From assembly GCA_947445035.1 (NCBI GenBank), contig CANFCK010000003.1:168218-232217 (forward strand): DNA of 64,000 nucleotides, in the 5' to 3' direction. The first letter of the stretch is position 1, and each line of letters begins with the position of its first letter. The translations under genes were made by a program, and so were the position numbers. Positions 20,172 to 29,401 of the stretch are shown here, in pieces. The notes below the pieces were generated by a model. That model saw only the letters and a program-made list of their open reading frames with translations. It made no database searches and was not told the origin of the DNA. The stretch comes from Deltaproteobacteria bacterium. GTDB taxonomy: Bacteria > Myxococcota_A > UBA796 > SXON01.

Positions 20172-20268
20172 GCAGCAGCCTACCCCGCGACGGCCACGCG
20201 ATGCCGCACTACCCACTTTGCCGACCTGGCGGCCAGCGCCTACGGCATCGCCCGGACAGTCCTTTGGC

Positions 20269-20297
20269 TTGAGCGTCGGCGCGGCACGGGGTAGAGT
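20269..20297 (+). promoter_or_regulatory. Sigma70-type promoter, probably leaderless transcript
   Basis: TTGAGC (20269-20274), 17 nt, TAGAGT (20292-20297), 6 nt, ATG 20304. Confidence 0.65.
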
Positions 20298-20303
20298 GGC
20301 GCG

Positions 20304-20552
20304 ATGTTGGTCCTCCTCGTACTTGCCGGCTGCCAGAACGCCTGTCAGACGTTGTGCCAGACGATGGCCGACCGGGCCGACGAGTGCGGGCTCGCAGTCA
20401 GTAAAGACGATCTTCAAAGCTGTGTTATTGCCAACGAAGAGCCGACGGCCGAATGGGTGCGCCAGTGCGCGGACGCCGACGAAGCGGTGCGCTTGGAAGA
20501 GTGGTGGACCTGCGATGAGGTCGCGGAGAACTACACAAACGGCGCCGAGTAG
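20304..20552 (+). CDS. Small Cys-rich lipoprotein (82 aa)
   Basis: MLVLLVLAGC lipobox plus six further Cys; good promoter directly upstream. Confidence 0.75.
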   Translation: MLVLLVLAGCQNACQTLCQTMADRADECGLAVSKDDLQSCVIANEEPTAEWVRQCADADEAVRLEEWWTCDEVAENYTNGAE

Positions 20553-20579
20553 ATCGCCGTCGGTTAGCATCGGCACAGC

Positions 20580-22373
20580 ATGTCCGTGGCCGGTACCGCG
20601 ACCGAACCCGCCCCCCAGCCGGCCCCCGAGGCGTTCGGCAAATACTACCTGATCGACAAGATTGCGGTGGGCGGCATGGCCGAGATCTTCCGGGCCAAGA
20701 CGTTTTCACACGGCGGGTTTGAAAACCAGCTGGTGGTCAAGCGCATCCTCACGCACATGTCGGACAACGAGCAGTTCGTCCAGATGTTCCTGGACGAGGC
20801 CCGCGTCACCGCGCTTTTGCAGCACGCCAACATCGTGCGCGTGTGGGAATTCGGCAAGATCGGCACCAACTATTTCTTGGCGATGGACTGTGTGGAGGGC
20901 AAGGACGGCAAGCTGGTGCTGCGCAAACTCTTCGAGCGGCGAAAGATGCTCCCGCGCGAATTCGCGGTGTACATCGCGGCAGAAGCGGCCAAGGGCCTGG
21001 ATTATGCCCACCGAAAGAGCACCAACGCCGGCCAGATGATGAACATCGTTCATCGCGACGTCAGCCCGTCGAACCTGATCGTCTCGTACGCGGGCGAGGT
21101 CAAGGTTGCCGACTTTGGGATCGTGCAGTCAAGCATGGTGGTGGAGACGACGACCAAAGGCACGCTCAAGGGCAAGGTCGAGTACATGTCGCCGGAACAG
21201 GCGATGGGCGAAGCGCTCGATCGGCGTAGCGACATCTTCTCGTTGGGCATCGTCCTTTGGGAGATGTTGACGGGCCGGCGGGCGTTCAAGACCGACAACG
21301 AGATCAAGACGCTCGACAAGGTGCGTGCGGTGGACGTCGAACGCGCGTCGGTCGTCAATCCGACGGTGCCGGCTCGCCTGTCCGACATCGTCAGCCGCTG
21401 CCTGGAAAAAAATCCAGACGACCGCTACCAGGACGCGCGGGAACTGCACTCCGACCTGTTGAACTTCTTGTACCCGGCCACGCCAGACGTGATTCAGCAG
21501 TCGCTGGGCCACTTCATGCAGGAGCTGTTCAACGAGGAGATCGCGGCGGAACGGGCGCGTTTGGAGACCGGCACGCGCATGGCACGACTCGTCCATGACG
21601 CAGCACCCAGCGTGGACCTGGAAGAAGAATGGGAGGAAGGACCCCGCACGAATTCGTCGCCGACCGTCGCGCCCGCCGCAACGCCGGCCAAGGCGTCGAA
21701 GACCCCGCTTTTGCTGGGAATCCTGCTGGCCTTGCTCGGGGTCAGCGCGGCCGTCGGCGCCGCGACCTGGGTCAGCCAGAAAGAGCCGGAGACGGTCGTG
21801 GTGGAAAAGGCCGCGCCGGTCGCCGCCACCAGCATTTCGGTCCGGGTCAGTCCGGTGTCAGCCTCACTTTTTGTCGACGGCGTCGAGTCCGGAGCCGGAA
21901 CCAACATCGTTAAGGAGTTGACGTTCGGTATCCACAAGATCGAGGTTCGTGCCGAAGGCTACGACACCTGGACCGACGAAGTGGAGATCAACCAGGGCGA
22001 AAAACTACGGTTGGACGCGAAGCTCGTGAAGGTCAAGGCCGCGGTGGTACTCCCCGTGCGCCCGCCCTCGTCGGGCGGCGGAAGCCCGGTCGTAGCGGTC
22101 ACCCCGCCGACAACGACCGAAGTCCCCCCTCCTCCCCCACCGCCACCGCCCGTCGAACGCGCGAAGGGCAAGCTGAGTGCCAACGTTTCCGGCGGCTGGG
22201 CCGACATTTTCGTCGACGGAAAGAAGGTCGGGACAACCCCCCTCATCGGGTATTCACTCCCACCCGGAACGTACCAGATCCGCGCCAAGAACGACGCCTC
22301 GGGGCTGGACATCACCCGGCAGGTCACGGTCAAATCCGACGAAACGTCACCGGTCAGCTTCTCAGCGCCGTAG
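20580..22373 (+). CDS. Hanks-type Ser/Thr protein kinase with TM helix and PEGA domains
   Basis: IAVGGMAEIF, VHRDVSPSN, DFG, KGKVEYMSPEQ, SDIFSLG; TM helix; two PEGA-like FVDG repeats; Pro-rich linker. Confidence 0.95.
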   Translation: MSVAGTATEPAPQPAPEAFGKYYLIDKIAVGGMAEIFRAKTFSHGGFENQLVVKRILTHMSDNEQFVQMFLDEARVTALLQHANIVRVWEFGKIGTNYFLAMDCVEGKDGKLVLRKLFERRKMLPREFAVYIAAEAAKGLDYAHRKSTNAGQMMNIVHRDVSPSNLIVSYAGEVKVADFGIVQSSMVVETTTKGTLKGKVEYMSPEQAMGEALDRRSDIFSLGIVLWEMLTGRRAFKTDNEIKTLDKVRAVDVERASVVNPTVPARLSDIVSRCLEKNPDDRYQDARELHSDLLNFLYPATPDVIQQSLGHFMQELFNEEIAAERARLETGTRMARLVHDAAPSVDLEEEWEEGPRTNSSPTVAPAATPAKASKTPLLLGILLALLGVSAAVGAATWVSQKEPETVVVEKAAPVAATSISVRVSPVSASLFVDGVESGAGTNIVKELTFGIHKIEVRAEGYDTWTDEVEINQGEKLRLDAKLVKVKAAVVLPVRPPSSGGGSPVVAVTPPTTTEVPPPPPPPPPVERAKGKLSANVSGGWADIFVDGKKVGTTPLIGYSLPPGTYQIRAKNDASGLDITRQVTVKSDETSPVSFSAP

Positions 22374-22393
22374 GCCCGGCCGACCCCACCGCA

Positions 22394-23833
22394 TCAGGGC
22401 GCCGCCGTCCGCCACGGCACATGCTCGCCGGTGAAGATGATCAGCCCGGAAACATCAAAACCGAGCGACCAGACCAGCTCGCCCGTGGGCGTGCGCTCCT
22501 CCAGGCGAGGCGGACCCCGACCGGAACCCGAGTCCTGGGAAATCGTGGCGAGGAAGTTCCCGTTCGGCATCCGCTCAACGTCGCCCCCCCCGTGCACCTT
22601 GGCGTTGACCGGGAACCTCAGCGTCTCCGTCGCGGTCAGCGCCGCGTGGTCCAGTGTGAGCACCTGGACGGCGCTGACCTCTGCCGAGATCGCGCGGTTG
22701 TCGAAGAGCAACATGCTGCCGTCGTCGAGGAGCTGCGCCGAATGTTGCGCCTCGAACCACGTCCCGGCGGTGAGCGCAAAGTCGCCATCGGCGCCGAGCC
22801 GCCACGCCAGCGTGGTGTCCGTGCGGTTGACGGCGACGACCCAGCTCTGATGTCGCAACGACACCAACACCTCGTCGCGTGCGACGTCGTAGTGAAGGTG
22901 GTTGGCGTGCGTCCAATCGACGTCGATTTCCTCGACCTTCCCGCTGAGGTCGGCGTCGATCCGGGAGGGGTCCAGACCATCGAAGGTGGACCACGACCAC
23001 ACCTCGATGTCGTCTTTGTCGTACTCGCGAATGACGTTGCCGCGGATGTTCAGCCCGTCGATGTCCTGGTCCTCGACCTGGAGGGTGAGGATGTTGCCGT
23101 TGGGCCGCACCTCGACGTCATGGCCCACCCCGGGCTTGGCGAGATCCCGTTGCAGCGAGGCGTCAGGGGCCACGAACCAGGCGCGCTCCCCGGTGATGAC
23201 CGAGACCGTACCGTCGGTCATCCGGCGCGAGAACCGCGAGACGCCCAGCTCGCCTACGATCGCGCCGGCATCGAGGTACCAGACGACGAAGCCCTCCCGA
23301 TCGAAGCCCAAGACCGCCAACCCGAAGTCCGGGTCGTCCTTGGTGACCGGCGTCGCCAGGAAGATGTCCCCGGGATCGCCGCCGGCCTGGATGACGGCCG
23401 GCCAGCTGGTGTAGTCGCCGACGGGCAGCGCACCAGTGGTGAAACTCTGGTCCTCCATACTGGCAACCTCGACGCCCCCCCGGTAGACGATGGGCGTGAG
23501 CGTCCAGGCCGTCGCGGCGCGCATCCCCAGCACGTCTACCGTGTGCCAGTGGCCGAGCGCGCTGCGCTGCGTGCGGAAGGTGCCGACGCCCTCTGCGGAG
23601 AATTCGATCTCCAGTTCCGCTTGCTCAACCACGGCAATCGTCGCGATCGCCGCCACCGTCATGCGCGGGTTCGCCGCGACGCGCCAGGCGTCCTCCGTCG
23701 GGGGTGCGCGCCCGGTGTCGGCAGTGTCCGCACTGTCGGTGGTGGTGTCGGCATCGGTGTCGACCGCGGCGGTGTCGGACGAGTCCTTGGCGCCGGTGCA
23801 CCCGACAAGGAGCAGGAGCGATAAAAGACGCAT
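22394..23833 (-). CDS. Arylsulfotransferase (ASST)-like lipoprotein
   Basis: Lipobox LLVGC, DT-rich linker, GHDV, WTHANHL, SLRHQS, QHSAQ, LFDN, GDVERMPNGN. Confidence 0.8.
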   Translation of the reverse strand: MRLLSLLLLVGCTGAKDSSDTAAVDTDADTTTDSADTADTGRAPPTEDAWRVAANPRMTVAAIATIAVVEQAELEIEFSAEGVGTFRTQRSALGHWHTVDVLGMRAATAWTLTPIVYRGGVEVASMEDQSFTTGALPVGDYTSWPAVIQAGGDPGDIFLATPVTKDDPDFGLAVLGFDREGFVVWYLDAGAIVGELGVSRFSRRMTDGTVSVITGERAWFVAPDASLQRDLAKPGVGHDVEVRPNGNILTLQVEDQDIDGLNIRGNVIREYDKDDIEVWSWSTFDGLDPSRIDADLSGKVEEIDVDWTHANHLHYDVARDEVLVSLRHQSWVVAVNRTDTTLAWRLGADGDFALTAGTWFEAQHSAQLLDDGSMLLFDNRAISAEVSAVQVLTLDHAALTATETLRFPVNAKVHGGGDVERMPNGNFLATISQDSGSGRGPPRLEERTPTGELVWSLGFDVSGLIIFTGEHVPWRTAAP

Positions 23834-24507
23834 CAGAACTGGTCCCGGCGGCGGCGCAAGGCCGCGAAGGTCGCGACGCCCGGAACGGAGCCCACCATAG
23901 CGGCAAGGTGGGCGTCATCGCAGCGGAGGAAGAGGTTGGTCTGCACTTCGAGGCCCATCGTAGCCGGCGGCGGGAGCGGCTGCCGGTCGGTGGTGAGCAG
24001 GGTTTTGGTGAACGCAAGGTTTTTGGCGGCGTAGTCGTGGCCGAACCATGCACGCGTGGCGGCGGGGAGCGCGGCGAGGCGGGCCAGTGAGGTGTACATC
24101 ATCTCCGCATCCCCCTCGAAAAGCCGGCCGCACCCCATCGCAAACATCGTGTCGCCGACGAAGACCTCCCCTTCCGGGAAATAGAAGGCGAGCGCATCGA
24201 GCGTGTGCCCGGGCACGGCCATGATCCTCATGCCATCGAGTTCATCGCCGTCGGCAAACGTGTGGGTGAGCCCCTCGATCGGGCGGCGTCCGCTCCCGCA
24301 CACCTTCAGCCCTGGGAAGCATGACGCAAGCTCGACGACGCCGCCGACGTGATCCCAATGGTGGTGGGTGCACCACACCGCTGTGAGCGAGGCGCCATCG
24401 AGCCGATCGAGCACCGGCCCCGCCTCGGACGGGTCGATGACCACCCCCAGTTCGGGCAGCCAGTAGGCGTAGTTGTCGATGAGACAGGGGATGGCGACGA
24501 CGTTCAT
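23833..24507 (-). CDS. gloB: Hydroxyacylglutathione hydrolase (glyoxalase II)
   Basis: IPCLIDNYAY, THHHWDHVGG, PGHT, GDTMFAMGCGRLFEG, LRRRRDQF; start trimmed to ATG 24507. Confidence 0.92.
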   Translation of the reverse strand: MNVVAIPCLIDNYAYWLPELGVVIDPSEAGPVLDRLDGASLTAVWCTHHHWDHVGGVVELASCFPGLKVCGSGRRPIEGLTHTFADGDELDGMRIMAVPGHTLDALAFYFPEGEVFVGDTMFAMGCGRLFEGDAEMMYTSLARLAALPAATRAWFGHDYAAKNLAFTKTLLTTDRQPLPPPATMGLEVQTNLFLRCDDAHLAAMVGSVPGVATFAALRRRRDQF

Positions 24508-24579
24508 CGGTGCGGGGGAGTAACCGGAGCCGAGGGCTGACGGTTCAGCCCCGCGATAGACCGGGTCCGCGGAGGCGTG

Positions 24580-26373
24580 ATGCGGGACTTGCGTGCTTTC
24601 CTCGACGTGCTCCGTCGTGAGGGCGAGTTGGTGGAGATCGAGGCCGAGGTGGACCCCCACCTGGAGATCGCCGAGGTGCATCGCCGGGTGATCGCCGGGG
24701 GTGGGCCGGCGCTGCTGTTCAAGCGGCCGAAGGGCTCGACGTTTCCGGTGGTCACCAACCTGTTCGGCACCAAAAAACGCGTCGACCTCGCGTTCGGCAC
24801 CCGCGCCGCCGCGTTCGTCAAACGGGCCGCGGGCTTGCCGCACGAGCTGATGCCGCCTTCGCTGGGCAAACTCTGGGGCCTCCGCGACTTCGGCCTGCAG
24901 GGGCTCAGCGTGGGCCTGAGCCAGAGCGGAAGCGGGCCCGTCCGCCAGGTCGAGAGCGCCCCGAAGCTCACCCAGATCCCGATGCTCACCAGTTGGCCCG
25001 AAGACGGCGGGGCCTTTGTGACCCTCCCGCTGGTCTACACCGAGCACCCCGAAACCGGGGCCCACAACCTGGGCATGTACCGCATCCACCGCAAGGCCGA
25101 TGACCGCACCGGCATGCACTGGCAGATCGGGAAGGGTGGCGGCTTTCATCACCACCTCGCCGAGTCCCGAAACCAGGCACTGCCGGTGAACCTCTTCGTG
25201 GGCGGACCCCCAGGGCTGATCGCCAGCGCCATCGCGCCGCTCCCGGAAAACGTCCCCGAGCTTTTGTTGGCCTCGCTGCTCGTGGGAGAGCGCCTCCGCC
25301 GCTGCGACAACCCTGCCGGCCCCCTGCCCCTGGTCTCCGACTGCGAGTTCGCTTTCGTCGGCGCGGTGCCGCCCCACCGGCGCGAGCCCGAGGGGCCGTT
25401 CGGAGACCACTACGGCTACTACTCCTTGGAGCACGACTTTCCGGTGTTTGAGGTCGGGCGGATGTTCCATCGCAAGGACGCCATCTGGCCGGCGACCGTG
25501 GTCGGTAAGCCGCGTCAGGAGGACTTCTTCCTCGGCGACTGGCTCCAAGAACTTTTGTCGCCACTGTTTCCGTTGGTCATGCCCTCGGTGCGCCAGCTCT
25601 GGAGCTACGGCGAGACCGGCTACCACGCCCTTTCAGCGGCAGTCGTGCAAGAACGCTACCGACGCGAAGCGATGGCCAGCGCCTTCCGAATCCTCGGCGA
25701 AGGGCAACTGTCCCTCACCAAGTTCTTGCTCTTGCTCGACCAGCCGATGGACCTCACCGATTTCCCGCGCGTGCTCGAACACGTCCTGGCTCGTTTCCGG
25801 CCCGAGACCGACCTCTACATCTTCTCGAATCTGTCGATGGACACCCTGGACTACGCTGGGCCCACGATCAACGAAGGCAGCAAGGGCGTGATGATGGGCG
25901 TCGGCGACCCGGTCCGCGACCTCCGGCGCGCCTACCAGGGTCCCCTCCCCGTCGGCATCAAAAAAGCGGTCGCCTACTGCGGCGGCTGCCTCGTGGTGAG
26001 CGGTCCCACCTATGTTTCAGAGCCGACGGCCGCGACTCGGATCGGCGAGGCCTTCCCCGACTGGCCCCTGGTGGTGCTGGTCGATGACGCATCCCAGGCC
26101 ACGCGCAGCAACAGTCGCTTTTTGTGGACCGCCTTCACGCGGATGGAGCCCGCCGCCGACCTGCACGCGCGCCAACGCATCCACCGAAACCACGTCGTCT
26201 ACGAGGGGACGTTGGTGCTCGACGCACGGATGAAGCCGACCTACCCGCGCGAACTGTTCTGCGACCCGGACACGGCCGCTACCGTGGGTCGCCGCTGGAA
26301 GGAGTACTTCCCCGCGATGGATGTGGAGATGGGCGACTCGGATGTGGGGCACTTGGACGCGACGAAATCCTGA
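24580..26373 (+). CDS. UbiD-family prFMN decarboxylase (menaquinone/futalosine-type, MqnL-like)
   Basis: DLRAFL, WPEDGG, NLGMYR, MHWQIGKG, EGPFGDHYGYYS, TVVGKPRQED, DTLDY. Confidence 0.9.
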   Translation: MRDLRAFLDVLRREGELVEIEAEVDPHLEIAEVHRRVIAGGGPALLFKRPKGSTFPVVTNLFGTKKRVDLAFGTRAAAFVKRAAGLPHELMPPSLGKLWGLRDFGLQGLSVGLSQSGSGPVRQVESAPKLTQIPMLTSWPEDGGAFVTLPLVYTEHPETGAHNLGMYRIHRKADDRTGMHWQIGKGGGFHHHLAESRNQALPVNLFVGGPPGLIASAIAPLPENVPELLLASLLVGERLRRCDNPAGPLPLVSDCEFAFVGAVPPHRREPEGPFGDHYGYYSLEHDFPVFEVGRMFHRKDAIWPATVVGKPRQEDFFLGDWLQELLSPLFPLVMPSVRQLWSYGETGYHALSAAVVQERYRREAMASAFRILGEGQLSLTKFLLLLDQPMDLTDFPRVLEHVLARFRPETDLYIFSNLSMDTLDYAGPTINEGSKGVMMGVGDPVRDLRRAYQGPLPVGIKKAVAYCGGCLVVSGPTYVSEPTAATRIGEAFPDWPLVVLVDDASQATRSNSRFLWTAFTRMEPAADLHARQRIHRNHVVYEGTLVLDARMKPTYPRELFCDPDTAATVGRRWKEYFPAMDVEMGDSDVGHLDATKS

Positions 26374-26407
26374 CGCCTTCGGACGCGGCCCGCGCTACCC
26401 TGTGTCC

Positions 26408-27418
26408 ATGCTGGTCTTCTTTCTTGCGTGCGAAACCGCCACCTTGGACATCGGAGGACACGACTCTCACGACTCTGACGTCGACACGTCGGACACCAGC
26501 GACACCGGCGACAGCGCCGAAACCGGCGACACCGACACGGGCGTGCCGCCCATCGAATTCGACTGCGACGCGCTTCCAGAGGCGGACGACACCGAGATGA
26601 CAGGCGACGCCGGCGGCCCGGGACCCCGCGCCTACCACGACGTGGTCTTCGACGATGACGGCCACCTGATCGGCAACGATCTCAGCTCGCTCTTGAGCGC
26701 AACCTATGAGGGCGGGGTGACGCCGATGGTGCCCGGGACCGGCATGCTCCAGGGCATGGATCGGCTGCCTGACGGCGACCTCGTCGTGGTGGATGACACC
26801 AACGGCACCTTGGTCCGCGTCTCGCCGGAGGGCGCCACCTCGATCATCACCACCGGCATGTACGGCACCTACGGGGTGACCACCGGGCCCGACGGCATGC
26901 TCTACGCGGCGCCTGTCTACCAGGGCGATGGCAGCGTCGTCATCGCCCGGGTCGACCCCGAAACCGGAGACACCACCGAGTGGGCGAAACTAAGCCGCGT
27001 GCACACGCCGCGCATCGTCGTCTTCAACCTCGACAGCACCATCGCCTACGTCGCGACCATTGGCACCGGCACCGTCTTCCAGATTCCTGTGGACGACAAC
27101 CTCGACCCCACCGGCCAGGCGGAAGACTACGCGACCGGCATCGGCTCGTGGATGGACGGCCTGGGCATCGATGCGTGTGGCAACCTGTACGTAGCGGAGT
27201 ACGCCTCATCGGGGCTGTACCGGGTGCGGACCGACTCCAGCGTAGAAAGCCTCGTGCGCAAGCGCCCGACCCCGTACGGACACGGTCTGGAGTGGGGCAG
27301 CGGCATCGGCGGTTGGCGCACCGACGCGCTGTACCAGCCCCAGCCCTACGACAACAACACCGTGCGGGAGGTGGTGATCGGCGTCCCGTCGGGGGCCGCA
27401 TACCGCACCTGGCGGTGA
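26408..27418 (+). CDS. SMP-30/gluconolactonase-like beta-propeller lipoprotein
   Basis: MLVFFLAC lipobox, DT linker, DGLGIDACGNLYVAE, GPDGMLY. Confidence 0.75.
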   Translation: MLVFFLACETATLDIGGHDSHDSDVDTSDTSDTGDSAETGDTDTGVPPIEFDCDALPEADDTEMTGDAGGPGPRAYHDVVFDDDGHLIGNDLSSLLSATYEGGVTPMVPGTGMLQGMDRLPDGDLVVVDDTNGTLVRVSPEGATSIITTGMYGTYGVTTGPDGMLYAAPVYQGDGSVVIARVDPETGDTTEWAKLSRVHTPRIVVFNLDSTIAYVATIGTGTVFQIPVDDNLDPTGQAEDYATGIGSWMDGLGIDACGNLYVAEYASSGLYRVRTDSSVESLVRKRPTPYGHGLEWGSGIGGWRTDALYQPQPYDNNTVREVVIGVPSGAAYRTWR

Positions 27419-27422
27419 GCCG

Positions 27423-28187
27423 ATGATCCTCGTCGATGGCGCGCCCGGGGCGGTGCCTGGGGACGATCCGGGACTCCTCAGCGGAATGGCGGTTTTCGAG
27501 GCCCTGCGCACCTATCAGCGCCGGCCGTTTCGACTCGCGGCCCACCTTCACCGGCTGCGGGCCAGCGCCGGCTGGTTCGGAATTGCGGTGCCGAACGACG
27601 AAGTTTTCGCCCGCGAGGTGGAGGCGGTCATCGCGTCGTCGCCCGTCGAGCTCGTGATCGTCATCCTCCTGACCGAAGGCGGGCACCGGGTGATCCGGTC
27701 GCGCCCCGTCGATCCGAGCCGGGCGGGGGGCGTCATCAGGCTGGCCACCATCCCCTTCGAGGCCCCAGCGTGGCTGCCGGGCTGGGTCAAGCACACCAAC
27801 CGCGCCGGATGGCTCCTGGCGGCTCGGCAACGGCGCGTGGACGAGGTGCTCCTGGTCGGAAGCGACGGCACCTGGACCGAGGCCAACCGCAGCAACATTC
27901 TCGCGGTTCGGGACGGCGTGCTGCACACGCCCCCAGTTGACGGCCGGATCTTGGACGGCGTTACCCGCCGGGTGCTCTTGGAGTGCGCCGCTGCGGCAGG
28001 CATCCCTGTCGCTGAAACGCCGATGGCGCCTGGGTCCTGGGACGAGCTGTACGTCTGCAGCACCCTCAAGGAGCTGGCTCCGGTCGTGCTCGTGGATGGG
28101 TTAGTCGCCGCGGGCGCCGGCCCCATCGGCGCCAAGCTTCATGCGCTCTTTTGCCACGCAACCCGAACGCCCGAGGCGGAAGGTTGA
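27423..28187 (+). CDS. Class IV PLP aminotransferase (PabC/IlvE-like)
   Basis: VFEALR, HLHRL, KHTNR, EANRSNI, ILDGVTRR. Confidence 0.9.
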   Translation: MILVDGAPGAVPGDDPGLLSGMAVFEALRTYQRRPFRLAAHLHRLRASAGWFGIAVPNDEVFAREVEAVIASSPVELVIVILLTEGGHRVIRSRPVDPSRAGGVIRLATIPFEAPAWLPGWVKHTNRAGWLLAARQRRVDEVLLVGSDGTWTEANRSNILAVRDGVLHTPPVDGRILDGVTRRVLLECAAAAGIPVAETPMAPGSWDELYVCSTLKELAPVVLVDGLVAAGAGPIGAKLHALFCHATRTPEAEG

Positions 28188-28237
28188 CTCAAGTTCCGCA
28201 CGATTCTATCGTTTCCACGTTGACCGAGGACCGCTGA

Positions 28238-28921
28238 TTGGCCACTGAGCCCAACCAAATCGCCGCCCGCATCGGGGTGGTCGCTATTTTCGTGAACGTC
28301 CTGGCGTTTGTGCCCTTCGCCCTGGTGGACGACTCGTACCGTCCTGACCTGATCGAGCGGTGGAGCTTCGCCGTCGAGAGCCGGGCCGGGCCGGTAAGCG
28401 TGGGCGCGTGGCTTTTCTCGGCAGGGGCCCTCCTCCTGGTGCCGTGGGCGGCGGGACTCACACGATCGCTCGGACCGTACTCCTGGCCAGGCGGCGCCTT
28501 GCTCGTGGTTGCAGCCGCCGTACGCATGATCGGGAGCCTGCTGCCCCTGGTCGCCGCGCGCTTCGTACCCCACGGCGAGTCGGGCATCGTCACCACCCTG
28601 CTCGGAATGACCCTGCTGCTCGAGTCACTTTTCCACCTTTGCCTGGGAATTGGCGTGCTTTTGGTCTCGCTGGCGATGGCCCGCCACCGGGACGTGCCGA
28701 TCTGGTTGGCCCCCGCTGGCCTGTTGACGGGCCTCCTGGCCCTGCCCGTGGCGGGCATGGTGAGCTCAGCACCCGCGGCCGTATTCATGCCCGTCGCCGA
28801 CTTCATCTTCCTTGGCTGGACCTCGCTTACCTGCCTTTACCTGGTCGGCGCCTGGGCCCCCCGCACCGCCCCCCAGTCTACGCGCGTGCCGCTGCCGCCC
28901 CAGCCCCAACTGGGGAAGTAG
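28238..28921 (+). CDS. Integral membrane protein (DUF4386-like)
   Basis: About six hydrophobic helices, PIWLAPAGLL, FLGW. Confidence 0.65.
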   Translation: MATEPNQIAARIGVVAIFVNVLAFVPFALVDDSYRPDLIERWSFAVESRAGPVSVGAWLFSAGALLLVPWAAGLTRSLGPYSWPGGALLVVAAAVRMIGSLLPLVAARFVPHGESGIVTTLLGMTLLLESLFHLCLGIGVLLVSLAMARHRDVPIWLAPAGLLTGLLALPVAGMVSSAPAAVFMPVADFIFLGWTSLTCLYLVGAWAPRTAPQSTRVPLPPQPQLGK

Positions 28922-28925
28922 GCCG

Positions 28926-29228
28926 TCAGATGAGGCCGACCGCCTCGCTGAGCACCCGAGCCACCTCGACGTAGGCGTTGCCGATCTCGGCCCCGAAGAA
29001 CTGGACCTCCATCTCCGGATTCCAGACGAACGGACGGAGATCCCAGCCCATCTGCACGCCGACGACGGCGTACACGACGAACCAGCTACCTCGCAGCACG
29101 CGGTGGGTCGGGTTCTTCGCGACAAGGGGCTGGTAGACCCGGTCGAGCGACACCCGCGCGTTCCACGCCGCGCCAGCAAAGATCAGACTGCTCCGGGCCT
29201 GGGCGACCCGCTGCAGGCCCTGCCTCAT
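28926..29228 (-). pseudogene. C-terminal remnant of a membrane protein (QMGWxLRPF family)
   Basis: WFVVYAVVGVQMGWDLRPF...NAYVEV looks like a conserved C-terminus; upstream sequence is not protein-like. Confidence 0.5.
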
Positions 29229-29401
29229 CCGCCGGTGAGCGCCAGCCACAGGTGGCGCAGCGTCGCCTCCATGAAACCACCGCCCTTCCCACGAACGAAC
29301 GCGAACGGCTCGTCGGGCGAGCCGATGAACGGTCGGAGTATCCATCCCGACTGCTGGACTCCGCGAGGCTGACGGTGCGGCCGCCGCCGCACACCGCGGG
29401 C

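Noticed and set aside
20304-20552. Cys-rich peptide as a sactipeptide/ranthipeptide precursor for the adjacent rSAM/SPASM enzymes
   Set aside because: It has a lipoprotein signal with lipobox and an even number of mature Cys (disulfides); the rSAMs show no evident RRE domain, and no peptidase or transporter is adjacent
23833-25626. Apparent 597-aa fusion ORF ending in GloB (likewise the long N-terminal extensions on kynA, the dehydrogenase, rSAM2 and 47638-49296)
   Set aside because: The extensions are antisense to real genes; true starts lie downstream
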